Source: Opitutaceae bacterium
Lineage (GTDB): Bacteria > Verrucomicrobiota > Verrucomicrobiia > Opitutales > Coraliomargaritaceae
Reading direction: 5' to 3'
DNA length: 64,000 bases
Assembly: GCA_051252375.1 (NCBI GenBank)
Contig: JBPOFY010000003.1
Location: forward strand, 64,001-128,000
A program made the translations under genes and the position numbers. This document shows, piece by piece, positions 1-11,041 of the stretch (within the stretch, counting starts at the first letter, position 1; each line of letters opens with the position of its first letter). The notes below the pieces were generated by a model. That model had not been told where the DNA came from, made no database searches, and saw only the letters and a program-made list of their open reading frames with translations.

Positions 1-660
1 TGTGTTCTTCAGGGTCTTGTTGTCTGCTTCTAGATCTGTGACGAGGAAGGCAAGCATGGTCGCCATATTCGGTTCGATCATACCAGCACCTTTGGCGATA
101 CCTGCTACAGTGATGGTTTTGCCTTCAAATTCAAAACGAGCGGTAGCGACTTTTCTCCGTGTGTCGGAGGTGAGGATCGCATCGGCGGATTTTAGTGAGG
201 ACTCCGGGTTGGAGTCGAGTATCGCTGCGGCGGCTGAAATCCCGGCCCTAATTTTGTCCATTGGCAGCTTCCGACCGATCCGACCGGTGGAGCAGACTAG
301 GAAGGGTGAGCCAATTCCTGTTTCGAGCTGTGAAATGGCGGACATCTCTTTGGCGTCAATCATGCCTTGTTCGGCAGTGGCTGCATTGGCATTGCCACTG
401 TTTACGACAAATCCACTGACTTTAATGCCTGGGGAAGAAAGGATTTCTTTGCAGACGTGAACGGGCGCCGCGCAAACATCGTTGAGCGTAAAGACGCCTG
501 CGGCGGAGCAGGGCTTATCAGCGGTGACGATGGTGAGGTCTAGCCGTTGGTTGTCGCCGGTTTCCCTGATGTCGCAGGCAACACCTGCGGTCTTGTAGCC
601 TGGGCAGTCCGCGATTCCACCGGGATTATCGATAAGTTTAACTGTGATCGTATCGGACAT
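1..660 (-). CDS. argJ: Bifunctional ornithine acetyltransferase/N-acetylglutamate synthase, 3' end outside window
   Basis: Manual translation from ATG at 660: MSDTITVKL...AGVFTLN...VVNSGNANAATAEQG...STGRIG...AILTSDT...GIAKGAGMIEPNMATMLAF; lies downstream of argC. Confidence 0.95.
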   Translation of the reverse strand, partial: MSDTITVKLIDNPGGIADCPGYKTAGVACDIRETGDNQRLDLTIVTADKPCSAAGVFTLNDVCAAPVHVCKEILSSPGIKVSGFVVNSGNANAATAEQGMIDAKEMSAISQLETGIGSPFLVCSTGRIGRKLPMDKIRAGISAAAAILDSNPESSLKSADAILTSDTRRKVATARFEFEGKTITVAGIAKGAGMIEPNMATMLAFLVTDLEADNKTLKNT

Positions 661-690
661 GGTGGAGAAGTCGGTCGTTGGCGCGAAAGA

Positions 691-1716
691 TTAGATGAGC
701 CCGGCAGTTTCTTCGAAACCGGACTTTAGATTTAAGATTTGCACCGCTTGGCCGCTGGCACCCTTGAGTAGGTTGTCGATGGCGGAGGTGATGATGAAGT
801 TGTCTGTCCGTTTGTCGTAAACGGCTGAGATGTCAGCCCGATTGCTTCCGGTTACGTATTTGGTATCTGGATACGTTCCCGATGGGAGCACGCTTACAAA
901 TGGTTTGTCTTCGTAAGTTTTATTCCAAACAGAATAGAGCCTTTCGAGGGGCACGCCGTTGGATTTCGCCACGATAGTGGTCGAAATGCCCCGCGACATG
1001 GGTGCGAGGTGTGGGTTGAATTGCACGATGACATCTGCGAAGGCAGCTTTTTCGAGTTGCTCTTCGATTTCGGAAAGGTGCCGATGTTTTGGCATCCCGT
1101 AGCCCTTCATGCTCTCGTTCCGTTCGCAGTAAATAAAGTCCTCGGCGACTTTCCGTCCTGCGCCACTGACACCACTGTAGCTGTTGATGACGATACCGCT
1201 CGGCTTGATGAGTCCTGCTTTAAGGAGCGGGACGAGTGGCAGTTGGATGCTAGTGGGGTAGCACCCTGGGCATGCGATCAATGTGGCAGCTTTCCAAGAG
1301 TCGTCCGCTAGTTCGGGGATGACGTAGGGTGCGGCTTTGAGTAATTCCGGCGCTGGGTGTGGGTGCCCGTAGTAGTTCTCGTAGGTCGACGCGGAGTTGA
1401 GCCGGAAGTCGGCGCTCAAATCGATCACGGTTTTACCTGCTTTGTAGAGTGGGTTGGCAAACTCGCTGGCGACACCGTGTGGGAGCGCGAGAAAGAACAC
1501 GTCCAAGTCGTCCCGTTGCGCGAGTTCGGCAGGGTCGGAGCTGGTGAACTCTAAGTCGCCGACTGCGTGCCGTAGGGCAGGCATGACATCAGCTACTTTT
1601 TGGCCTGCCAGCGACCGTGAAGTCACGGCAGCCAGTTGCACATTCGGGTGCCTGGAGAGTAACCGAACTAATTCTTCTCCGGAATATCCGGATGCTCCTA
1701 TGATGGCTGCGTTCAT
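691..1716 (-). CDS. argC: N-acetyl-gamma-glutamyl-phosphate reductase
   Basis: GASGYSG, DLSADFRL, CPGCYPT, SGVSGAG and DNLLKGASGQAVQ motifs. Confidence 0.97.
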   Translation of the reverse strand: MNAAIIGASGYSGEELVRLLSRHPNVQLAAVTSRSLAGQKVADVMPALRHAVGDLEFTSSDPAELAQRDDLDVFFLALPHGVASEFANPLYKAGKTVIDLSADFRLNSASTYENYYGHPHPAPELLKAAPYVIPELADDSWKAATLIACPGCYPTSIQLPLVPLLKAGLIKPSGIVINSYSGVSGAGRKVAEDFIYCERNESMKGYGMPKHRHLSEIEEQLEKAAFADVIVQFNPHLAPMSRGISTTIVAKSNGVPLERLYSVWNKTYEDKPFVSVLPSGTYPDTKYVTGSNRADISAVYDKRTDNFIITSAIDNLLKGASGQAVQILNLKSGFEETAGLI

Positions 1717-1723
1717 GATTTAA

Positions 1724-1751
1724 AATGGCTGATAGCTAATGATTAATAGCT
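1724..1751. repeat. Degenerate tandem heptamer repeat (4 units)
   Basis: aatggct-gatagct-aatgatt-aatagct immediately upstream of argC. Confidence 0.45.
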
Positions 1752-1787
1752 ATTGAATAGTGGCTGATTGCGAAATGCCGAATGTCT

Positions 1788-1835
1788 AAAAAGAAAAACC
1801 CCCCAAAGCACGTGTGGACACGGCCTTGGAGGGTT
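1788..1835 (-). terminator. Rho-independent terminator after rplM-rpsI
   Basis: Minus strand AACCCTCCAAGGC-CGTG-TCCA-CACG-T-GCTTTGGGGGGTT followed by TTTCTTTTT. Confidence 0.75.
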
Positions 1836-1866
1836 GCAAAAAGATGCGTCCTTGCCGCTGTGCGGA

Positions 1867-2259
1867 TTAACGTTTGGAGAACTGGAAGCGCTTGCGTGCA
1901 CCTGGCTGACCAGGTTTCTTACGCTCACGGCTGCGAGGATCACGCTTCATGTGGCCTTCTGGCTTCAATGATGCGCGAAGATCGCCGTTCATTTTTTCAA
2001 GTGCACGTGCGATGCCGAGGCGAACCGCGCCGGCTTGGCCGTTGAGACCTCCGCCTTCTGCTTTAATCTTGATGTCGACTTGATCGAGCATGTCGACGGT
2101 CTTCAGAGGGGAGAGTGCTGCGTTGGCAAACTCTTCAGTCTTGAAGTAAGCGCGGGGCTCACTGCCGTTGACTTCGATTTTACCAGTGCCGCGTGTCAGA
2201 CGGACACGTGCTCTTGCGGTCTTACGACGACCGACGGTGACAAATGTTTGTTCGCTCAT
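1867..2259 (-). CDS. rpsI: 30S ribosomal protein S9
   Basis: VGRRKTARARV, GGGLNGQAGAVRLGIARAL, ERKKPGQPGARKRFQFSKR; start moved to MSEQ. Confidence 0.98.
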   Translation of the reverse strand: MSEQTFVTVGRRKTARARVRLTRGTGKIEVNGSEPRAYFKTEEFANAALSPLKTVDMLDQVDIKIKAEGGGLNGQAGAVRLGIARALEKMNGDLRASLKPEGHMKRDPRSRERKKPGQPGARKRFQFSKR

Positions 2260-2278
2260 GTTATATAAAAGTCGGAAA

Positions 2279-2704
2279 TTAAACGAGAGGCTTTGGTTGT
2301 TGTGCCTCGTATGGATGTGAAGGTCCTGCATGGATCTTCAGCTTCTTGATCATTTGGCGACCAAGCTTGTTGCGAGGAAGCATGCCCTTGACGGCGTGTT
2401 CAATAATGAACTCAGGCTTCTTTTCACGCATTTTCGCCATGGAGACGTAGCTTTCGCCACCCATCCAGCCGGAATAGAACATATAGTTCTTATCGCTGTT
2501 CTTCTTGCCGCTCACGCGGATCTTCTCGGCATTGATCACAACGACGAAGTCGCCGGTGTCAGCATGCGGCGTGTAAGTCGGCTTGTGACGGCCACGAAGC
2601 ACGTTCGCGATTTTTACGGATACACGGCCTAGAGTCTCCTCGGCAGCGTCAACCACATACCAAGATTTGGTGTGATCAGATTTAGTAGCTAAAGTCGTTT
2701 TCAT
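2279..2704 (-). CDS. rplM: 50S ribosomal protein L13
   Basis: WYVVDA, LRGRHKPTYTPHADTGDFVVVINA, AVKGMLP; start moved to MKTT. Confidence 0.98.
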   Translation of the reverse strand: MKTTLATKSDHTKSWYVVDAAEETLGRVSVKIANVLRGRHKPTYTPHADTGDFVVVINAEKIRVSGKKNSDKNYMFYSGWMGGESYVSMAKMREKKPEFIIEHAVKGMLPRNKLGRQMIKKLKIHAGPSHPYEAQQPKPLV

Positions 2705-2724
2705 GATTTTTGGAAAAGCGGTGA

Positions 2725-2752
2725 ACAGTAAAATCGGGAACCCTCCTGTCAA
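2725..2752 (-). promoter_or_regulatory. Putative sigma70 promoter of rplM-rpsI
   Basis: TTGACA-16 nt-TACTGT on the minus strand, about 20 nt upstream of the ATG. Confidence 0.55.
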
Positions 2753-2861
2753 TGGGAATTTTAATGAATTTTCATAAGAATCCTGTTTTTTGTTGCAAAA
2801 GGGGTCTTCTGCGTCATTTTCCGCAGCTTTTCCAGATTCATTATAAGAAGGAGCTATAACT

Positions 2862-3074
2862 TTGAGAGACGATTATTTACAGGCCGCACAATTGGTAATT
2901 CCTGATCCAATGATATTGATCAATGTGATTTCGCGTCGTGCGAAACAACTTAAAAGTGGTTACAAGCCACTGGTTGAGTCACTTGAGCGCTTATCTGCTG
3001 AAGATTTGGCTTTGCGCGAAGTGATGGAAGGTAAGATTACTTACCAACTCGACGAAACAATTGAGCCTCAGTAA
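2862..3074 (+). CDS. rpoZ: RNA polymerase omega subunit
   Basis: LINVISRRAKQL and ALREVMEGKI match the omega pattern; TTG start with AAGGAG Shine-Dalgarno. Confidence 0.8.
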   Translation: MRDDYLQAAQLVIPDPMILINVISRRAKQLKSGYKPLVESLERLSAEDLALREVMEGKITYQLDETIEPQ

Positions 3075-3153
3075 GACGACTTTGTTGTTTTACGGGTTTC
3101 GTTTTTTCGTCCTGCGGCCATGAGCGTTTCCCCAATTGAGGGATTGATACACC

Positions 3154-3630
3154 GTGTGTGCCAAAAAAAAATCACCCGAAGACCGCTTTAAAGAGGTTCG
3201 GAATGCGAAAGCCACCCACAATTATTTTGTGGGTGACCGTTTTGAGGCAGGTATTGCGCTCCAAGGCACTGAGGTGAAAGCCATACGTGAGGGCAATGCC
3301 CAGATCGGGGATGCCTTTTGCCGGGTAGAGAAGGGGCAAGTGTGGCTCTATAACTCGCATATCGGTGAGTATTCGTTCGGTAATTTTAACAATCACCCAC
3401 CACGCCGAAAGCGTAAGCTACTTCTGCACCGCCGTGAGATTCATAAATTGATGGGTGCGGTTGATATGGGCGGTAAATCGCTCGTCCCTTTACGTATCTA
3501 TTTGAAGCATGGTTTGATCAAAGTAGAGATCGCCTTGTGCACCGGTAAAAAGCTGCACGACAAGCGTGAGACGATGAAAAAGAAAATCACTATGCGCGAA
3601 GCAGAGCGCGAAATGCGTCGTTATAAATAA
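3154..3630 (+). CDS. smpB: SsrA-binding protein
   Basis: FEAGIALQGTEVKAIR, RKLLLHRREI, GKKLHDKRE. Confidence 0.97.
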   Translation: MCAKKKSPEDRFKEVRNAKATHNYFVGDRFEAGIALQGTEVKAIREGNAQIGDAFCRVEKGQVWLYNSHIGEYSFGNFNNHPPRRKRKLLLHRREIHKLMGAVDMGGKSLVPLRIYLKHGLIKVEIALCTGKKLHDKRETMKKKITMREAEREMRRYK

Positions 3631-3642
3631 TTTATTGTAAAC

Positions 3643-4554
3643 ATGTCATCCGTTGCCACCACTGTTCTCGTTCAAGTTCCGGCCAGCACCTCGAATTGCG
3701 GCCCCGGGTTCGATACGCTTAGTATCGCTTTAACTTTGTATAATTTCATTCGCTTGACTGTGCGCGAAGATAATCAAGTCGCACCTGTTGGTGAGGTCGG
3801 GGCAGGGACTCAAGCGATGGTTGAAGAGGTCGCTTTGAGCTTTGCGCAGACCGCAGCGGTGGAAATCGGTGGCTTTGACTATGAAATATGGGGTGAGGTG
3901 CCGATGGCACGCGGCCTCGGCTCTAGTTCCACTGTTCGTGCCGGTGTGGTCGCAGGCTTGAATGCTTTGTATGGCAAGCCGCTCGATCTTGAAGCGATGA
4001 TTCGTTTAACGACTAAGTTGGACAATGCGCCTGACAATGCCTGTGCCGCTTTCGCTGGTGGATTTTGTATCGCGCGGACGGAGCCTTCGACATTTGCATA
4101 TCGCGAGCATGTTCGTTTCCCACTGCCCGATTCGTTGGTTTTTGTTGCTGTGTCGCCCAATTACGAGGTGCTGACAGAGAATTCGCGCCGTGTATTGCCC
4201 GATAGTATTCCGTTTGACGACGTGGTGCGCAGTGCGAACAGCTTGGCCTATTTGGTCGGGGTGCTGGTTTCAGGTGATTTTAAGCGCCTAGACGGAGCGG
4301 TGAACGATTACATTCACCAGCCATACCGTGAGCTGCTCAATCCATTTGGGCGTGAGAGTATCGAGGCTGGTTGCCATGCAGGTGCCTATACGGGCTGGCT
4401 GAGTGGTAGTGGGTCAACGGTGATGTGTGTGACCGATGCCGCCAATGCCCGTGCCGTTGGTGCCGCGATGCAGCAAGCATACGAGGTCAATGGCACAAAA
4501 GCCCGCGTTTATCGCTTGAGTGCGGATAACGCTGGGTTGACGGTGACTGTGTAG
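3643..4554 (+). CDS. thrB: Homoserine kinase (GHMP family)
   Basis: VPASTSNCGPGFD, PMARGLGSSS, HQPYR, LSGSGST. Confidence 0.93.
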   Translation: MSSVATTVLVQVPASTSNCGPGFDTLSIALTLYNFIRLTVREDNQVAPVGEVGAGTQAMVEEVALSFAQTAAVEIGGFDYEIWGEVPMARGLGSSSTVRAGVVAGLNALYGKPLDLEAMIRLTTKLDNAPDNACAAFAGGFCIARTEPSTFAYREHVRFPLPDSLVFVAVSPNYEVLTENSRRVLPDSIPFDDVVRSANSLAYLVGVLVSGDFKRLDGAVNDYIHQPYRELLNPFGRESIEAGCHAGAYTGWLSGSGSTVMCVTDAANARAVGAAMQQAYEVNGTKARVYRLSADNAGLTVTV

Positions 4555-4555
4555 C

Positions 4556-5437
4556 TTATTCGACGTTCTGCACTTGCTCGCGGATGCGTTCGAGTGAGTT
4601 TTTGCCTTCGATGACTGCGCGGGTGATTTCGATCTGACTAGATTTGCTGCCAGTGGTGTTGAACTCGCGGTGAATTTCCTGACAAAGGAAGTCCATTTTG
4701 CGGCCGGTGGCTTCTTCAGAGGCGAGGAATTCACGGAATTGTTTGAAGTGGCTTTTGAGGCGGGTCATTTCTTCGCTCACATCGCAACGGTCCGCGAAGA
4801 TGGCGAGTTCTTTAAGGACACGCTCGTCGCTAGGATCGAGGTCGAGTTCTAGCTGCTTGAGGCGCTCAAGTAGGGCGTCTTTGTATTTGCCAACTGCGCC
4901 AGCGGCATGTGTCTCGATTTCAGTGCTGAGTTGGTCGAGTGCGTCGATACGTTCGAGCAAGTCTTTCTTGAGGGCATCACCTTCGGCGGTGCGCATCGAG
5001 TGTATGTCGGTTAATGCCTGGTCGAATGCTGCCTTGATGCTTTCTTCGATGACGGACCAGTCGGGTAGACCTGAGCTGTCTTTCAACGATTTTGCTAAGT
5101 CGACAAGAAGCGAGGTGTCGGGGTTGAACGGAAGACCACGGCTTTCTGAAAAAGCTTTGAGTCGATCGAGGGTTTCATCCATCGCCCGGTTGTCCCAAGT
5201 AAGCCCGTATTGCTCGCCTGCGGTGGACTGCACTTTTATTTGCACATTGACCCGTCCACGCTGGAAGCTGCCTTTGAGCCATTCTGTGCAGCGTTGATCG
5301 AGGCCACTCCACTCGCGTGGGGCAGAGACAAACGCATCGAGTGTCTTTCGATTCACCGAGGTGATTTCGATTTCAATTTGTAAACCATGCTCTGCCGCTT
5401 GTGCTGAGCCCGTGCCATAACCTGTCATACTACGCAT
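4556..5437 (-). CDS. yicC: YicC/YloC family endoribonuclease
   Basis: [49 protein letters not shown]. Confidence 0.93.
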   Translation of the reverse strand: MRSMTGYGTGSAQAAEHGLQIEIEITSVNRKTLDAFVSAPREWSGLDQRCTEWLKGSFQRGRVNVQIKVQSTAGEQYGLTWDNRAMDETLDRLKAFSESRGLPFNPDTSLLVDLAKSLKDSSGLPDWSVIEESIKAAFDQALTDIHSMRTAEGDALKKDLLERIDALDQLSTEIETHAAGAVGKYKDALLERLKQLELDLDPSDERVLKELAIFADRCDVSEEMTRLKSHFKQFREFLASEEATGRKMDFLCQEIHREFNTTGSKSSQIEITRAVIEGKNSLERIREQVQNVE

Positions 5438-5508
5438 CTCTTATAGATAGGCGGAGTTTATATAGGATCGCGAACAAATATTTTGGATGCGCGAGACTGG
5501 ATCCGGGA

Positions 5509-6171
5509 TTAAAGCTGGAGTGCGGATTTGAGCTCTTTGAGGTTCTCAAAGGCTGCTTCGGCGCCGGCGTTTTTGAGTTCTTCGACGCTGTGTGCGCCGG
5601 TGGCCACGCCATAGCAGGGGAGGCCTGCGTTGTGTGCGGTTTCAATGTCGGTGGGGGAGTCGCCGATCATGCAGGACCCTTTGGCGCTGGCATTGATCTG
5701 GTCGAGGACGTGGCGAGTGAGCTCCGCTTGCGGTTTGTGCCATTCTGTATCGGTATTGCCAATACAGGTTGGGACGTGCTTAGCGAACCCTGCGTATTTA
5801 CTCACGCTGCGGGCAGTGTCACCGTGCTTGTTGGTGAAAATGGCTTGGGGGATACGCGCTTTGTAAAAGGCTTCGATGAGTTCACTGCCACCTGCTAGAA
5901 TGATGAGCCCTTCGAACATGATCTCTGGGAAGCGGGCGCGAAATGCTTTGGCTGCTTGGTCCTGTTGATCTTCTGGGATGAAGAGCGACATGGTGGAGGC
6001 CATGGGGCCGCCAAGGCTGCGGCGTATGACCTCGGCGTCCGGTTCAGGGTAGCCGAGCGTGGTGATGACGTCGCAGTAGCAGCGCACAATGGCTGCGGTT
6101 TGATCGATCAGTGTGCCATCCATGTCCCAGAGCACGGCACTGGGCAGGGGAAGCTTGATTGCATCAGGCAT
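5509..6171 (-). CDS. HAD family hydrolase (phosphoglycolate phosphatase-like)
   Basis: WDMDGTL, TNK, KP and MIGDSPTDI HAD motifs I-IV. Confidence 0.88.
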   Translation of the reverse strand: MPDAIKLPLPSAVLWDMDGTLIDQTAAIVRCYCDVITTLGYPEPDAEVIRRSLGGPMASTMSLFIPEDQQDQAAKAFRARFPEIMFEGLIILAGGSELIEAFYKARIPQAIFTNKHGDTARSVSKYAGFAKHVPTCIGNTDTEWHKPQAELTRHVLDQINASAKGSCMIGDSPTDIETAHNAGLPCYGVATGAHSVEELKNAGAEAAFENLKELKSALQL

Positions 6172-6206
6172 TGACGAAGCGAGGTGCTAGCCTCGGTCGC
6201 GGGTGA

Positions 6207-6533
6207 TTAGGCGTTCTTCGTTTCCGAAGTGCTGTCTTCAGTAGGCGCTACTTTCTCTGCTTCGACTTCAGCGGTAACTGGCGCTTCTGTCGTGGAGGCT
6301 TCGACTGATTTGCTGGCTGGCTTTGGAGTCTTTTTTACGGGCTCGTCAGCTTCCATGGCGCTGCGGATGTCTTCTTCAATTCCGGATGTGGCAGACTTGA
6401 ATTCCTTAACGGACTTGCCGAGTGATCGGAATAGCTCGGGGAGGCGTTTCGCTCCAAAAAAGAGGAGGACGACCATAAAGATTAGGACGATTTCCCAGCT
6501 GCTGAGATTTTGTAGAAATGCTAGTGTGCTCAT
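6207..6533 (-). CDS. tatA: Twin-arginine translocase TatA/E subunit
   Basis: TM helix, then FGAKRLPELFRSLGKSVKEFK, then a charged tail. Confidence 0.92.
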   Translation of the reverse strand: MSTLAFLQNLSSWEIVLIFMVVLLFFGAKRLPELFRSLGKSVKEFKSATSGIEEDIRSAMEADEPVKKTPKPASKSVEASTTEAPVTAEVEAEKVAPTEDSTSETKNA

Positions 6534-6578
6534 AATATTAAAGGAGTCTGGATGGATGCTCTAGTAATGATTCTATCT

Positions 6579-7004
6579 TTACTCTGAATCGGCCTCGGCG
6601 TCACGATATATTTTAGCCAAGCGTTCACTTTCGGCTGCGCTGGCGGGTGTGATAGTGTTGTTGATCCGAGGCTCTCCTTCAAGGATATCGGCAGTGCGAA
6701 GACCAGTTGCGCGTTTTTCGCGTGCTTTGAGGATGGCTGTTTGAGTGCCGTCTGTGTTGGTCGCAACGAGGAAAGCGATCGGTAGATCGCGACCATTGCG
6801 GATGGTGGCAATGCGCTCAAACATGTCGACGTGAACGATAGTCGATGTATTCGAAGCGACGATAGTGCCTGGTTGGGCTTTGCCGATCTGTGTGTCACCT
6901 TGGGTGACGCGGACGCCGGAACCGCCGCCGCAACCTGTGAGTATAAGTGCAAGGCAGATGCCGATGCAGAGTGAAGTGATTTGAGTCGAGCGCATGATTT
7001 TCAT
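6579..7004 (-). CDS. Hypothetical lipoprotein
   Basis: Lipobox LTGC after a hydrophobic stretch; fits between rpoD and tatA; start at 7004 or 6995. Confidence 0.7.
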   Translation of the reverse strand: MKIMRSTQITSLCIGICLALILTGCGGGSGVRVTQGDTQIGKAQPGTIVASNTSTIVHVDMFERIATIRNGRDLPIAFLVATNTDGTQTAILKAREKRATGLRTADILEGEPRINNTITPASAAESERLAKIYRDAEADSE

Positions 7005-7035
7005 AGGGAATTTGCTTAATCGTAGTGAGCGACTG

Positions 7036-9096
7036 TTATTTGTGTTTGGCATTTTCGCGTTTGATGCTGTCCATGCCAGGTTTTTCGAGATTGATATCGC
7101 CTTCAAAGAAACCGTGTAGCTGGCGAATACGTGTTGGGTGACGCATCTTACGGAGTGCTTTGGCTTCAATTTGACGAATACGTTCGCGGGTGACCTTGAA
7201 CTGGCGCCCGACTTCTTCAAGTGTGCGTGAATAGCCGTCGGCTAGACCGAAACGGAGCGAGAGGACGCGGCGTTCGCGTTCGGTCAAACTATCGAGGACG
7301 TCGGTGATCTTCTCACGTAGAAGGCTATAGGCCGTCATGTCGTAAGGGTTTTCCGCGCCTTTATCTTCGATGAAGTCACCGAAGTTCGTGTCGTCGGAAT
7401 CTCCGACGGGGCTCTGGAGAGAGATCGGTTGCTGTGCCATCTTCATGATGGACTGGACGCGCTCGATCGGAAGGTTCATCTCGTCGGCGACTTCTTCAGC
7501 GGTGGGCTCGTGGCCGAGTTCTTGAAGAAGTTGCTTTTGCACCTGCATGACCTTGTTCAAAGTCTCGATCATGTGGACCGGGATACGAATGGTCCGAGCT
7601 TGGTCGGCAATCGAACGGGTGATGGCCTGACGGATCCACCATGTTGCGTAAGTGGAGAACTTATAGCCGCGGCGATATTCAAATTTTTCCACGGCTTTCA
7701 TGAGGCCCATGTTACCTTCTTGAATTAGGTCGAGGAAGGAAAGTCCACGATTGGTGTATTTTTTGGCGATGGAGATCACGAGGCGTAAGTTAGCCTCGAC
7801 CATCTCGGTTTTCGCTTTGTGTGCTTCACGGATACCGGTGCGGACCTCACGGATGATTTCCATGAATTCGCGGGCATCGATTTTGAACTCAGCTTTGAGC
7901 TCTTCGAGACGCTTATTGGTTTTAGCGACATCGACTTTAGTCTTACGACGAGTAGACACCATGTCGGCGGCTTCGAGGTCTTCGTAAAGGCTGGTGATTT
8001 CGCGATACACTGGGGTGAGGTTTGTGAGGAAGTCCTCAAAGACCTTTAGCTTGAGACAGTATTTGCGAAGGACGAGACGGAGCTCTCCTTCATACTTGAT
8101 CATGCGTGTGCGTGAGCGTTTGGCGTTGGATTCATTCGTCGCGGAGACGTGGCTATCCCAAGCCGCATAAATACGCTCGCCAAGCTTGTGTGCTTGTTCG
8201 AGCAGTTTTGGTAAACTGTTGAAATAGGCTTCGCGGCTTTCAATTTTTTTGTCGAGGACGACGCGGTCGAAACGTTCTTCGCGGTTGAGTAGTTTTTGAA
8301 CGATGTTGTTCTGGAACTCAAGTGTCAGCGCGGTAGAGAAGAGGGCATCTTGAGCACGTAGTTCGGCTTTTTCGATGCGCTTTGAAATGGCGACTTCTTC
8401 CTCACGGGTCAGCAGGGGAACTTGTCCCATTTGTTTCAAATACATCCGGACAGGATCGTCTAGGATGTCATTCTGCGAGGTGCGGACTTCTTTCTCTTCG
8501 GTTTCTTCAAGGCGAGCCTTATAGGCTTCTACCTGGTTATCGTCGAGAATCTCGACTTCGAGGTTTTGAAGTATGGAAATGACGTTCTCGATTTCGTCAG
8601 GGTTATTGACGCTATCGGGAAGCGCTTTGTTGATGTCCTTATAAGTGAGGAAACCTTGCTCTTTGGACAGGCGAATGAGGTTGCGAATGCGCTCGTTCAG
8701 CTTCTCTTGAGCTTTAGTTGAGAGGCGACGCTTCTTGGTGACCTTCTTGGTGGCTTCTTTGAGTGCGTCGTCGCTAACGACTACGGCAGTTTTTTTAACG
8801 AGCACTTTTTTAATCGGTGCTTTAGGAGTGGCTACTTTTTTGGGTGCCGCTTTTTTAACCGGTGCCTTCTTAACTACTTTTTTTGCGGCCGCCTTTTTAG
8901 CTGGAGCTTTTTTGGTTACAGCTTTCTTAGCAGGTGCCTTCTTAGCAGCCTTTTTAGCAGGTGTCTTCTTGGTCGCAGTTTTCTTAGCCGCTACCTTTTT
9001 CGTAGCTTTTTTAGCAGGCGCTTTTTTAGCGGGTGCCTTTTTGGTTGCGGCTTTCTTGACTGTCTTTTTGGCGGTTTTCTTTTTCGCAGCTGACAT
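7036..9096 (-). CDS. rpoD: RNA polymerase primary sigma factor with Lys/Ala-rich N-terminal extension
   Basis: [56 protein letters not shown]; follows dnaG. Confidence 0.98.
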   Translation of the reverse strand: MSAAKKKTAKKTVKKAATKKAPAKKAPAKKATKKVAAKKTATKKTPAKKAAKKAPAKKAVTKKAPAKKAAAKKVVKKAPVKKAAPKKVATPKAPIKKVLVKKTAVVVSDDALKEATKKVTKKRRLSTKAQEKLNERIRNLIRLSKEQGFLTYKDINKALPDSVNNPDEIENVISILQNLEVEILDDNQVEAYKARLEETEEKEVRTSQNDILDDPVRMYLKQMGQVPLLTREEEVAISKRIEKAELRAQDALFSTALTLEFQNNIVQKLLNREERFDRVVLDKKIESREAYFNSLPKLLEQAHKLGERIYAAWDSHVSATNESNAKRSRTRMIKYEGELRLVLRKYCLKLKVFEDFLTNLTPVYREITSLYEDLEAADMVSTRRKTKVDVAKTNKRLEELKAEFKIDAREFMEIIREVRTGIREAHKAKTEMVEANLRLVISIAKKYTNRGLSFLDLIQEGNMGLMKAVEKFEYRRGYKFSTYATWWIRQAITRSIADQARTIRIPVHMIETLNKVMQVQKQLLQELGHEPTAEEVADEMNLPIERVQSIMKMAQQPISLQSPVGDSDDTNFGDFIEDKGAENPYDMTAYSLLREKITDVLDSLTERERRVLSLRFGLADGYSRTLEEVGRQFKVTRERIRQIEAKALRKMRHPTRIRQLHGFFEGDINLEKPGMDSIKRENAKHK

Positions 9097-9123
9097 AATA
9101 TTGATGGAATCTTTGTGGCGTGT

Positions 9124-10956
<1,833 letters not shown>

Positions 10957-11041
10957 TTATATGAAACACGTAATACTTAAATGAGCCAAAAGGAGTGGTG
11001 TCAGGAACGCGATTGAATCGGGCTCCTGAATGGAGGGTCTT

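Noticed and set aside
3075..3153. tmRNA next to smpB
   Set aside because: The flanking gaps are far too short and no tRNA-like ssrA ends were seen.
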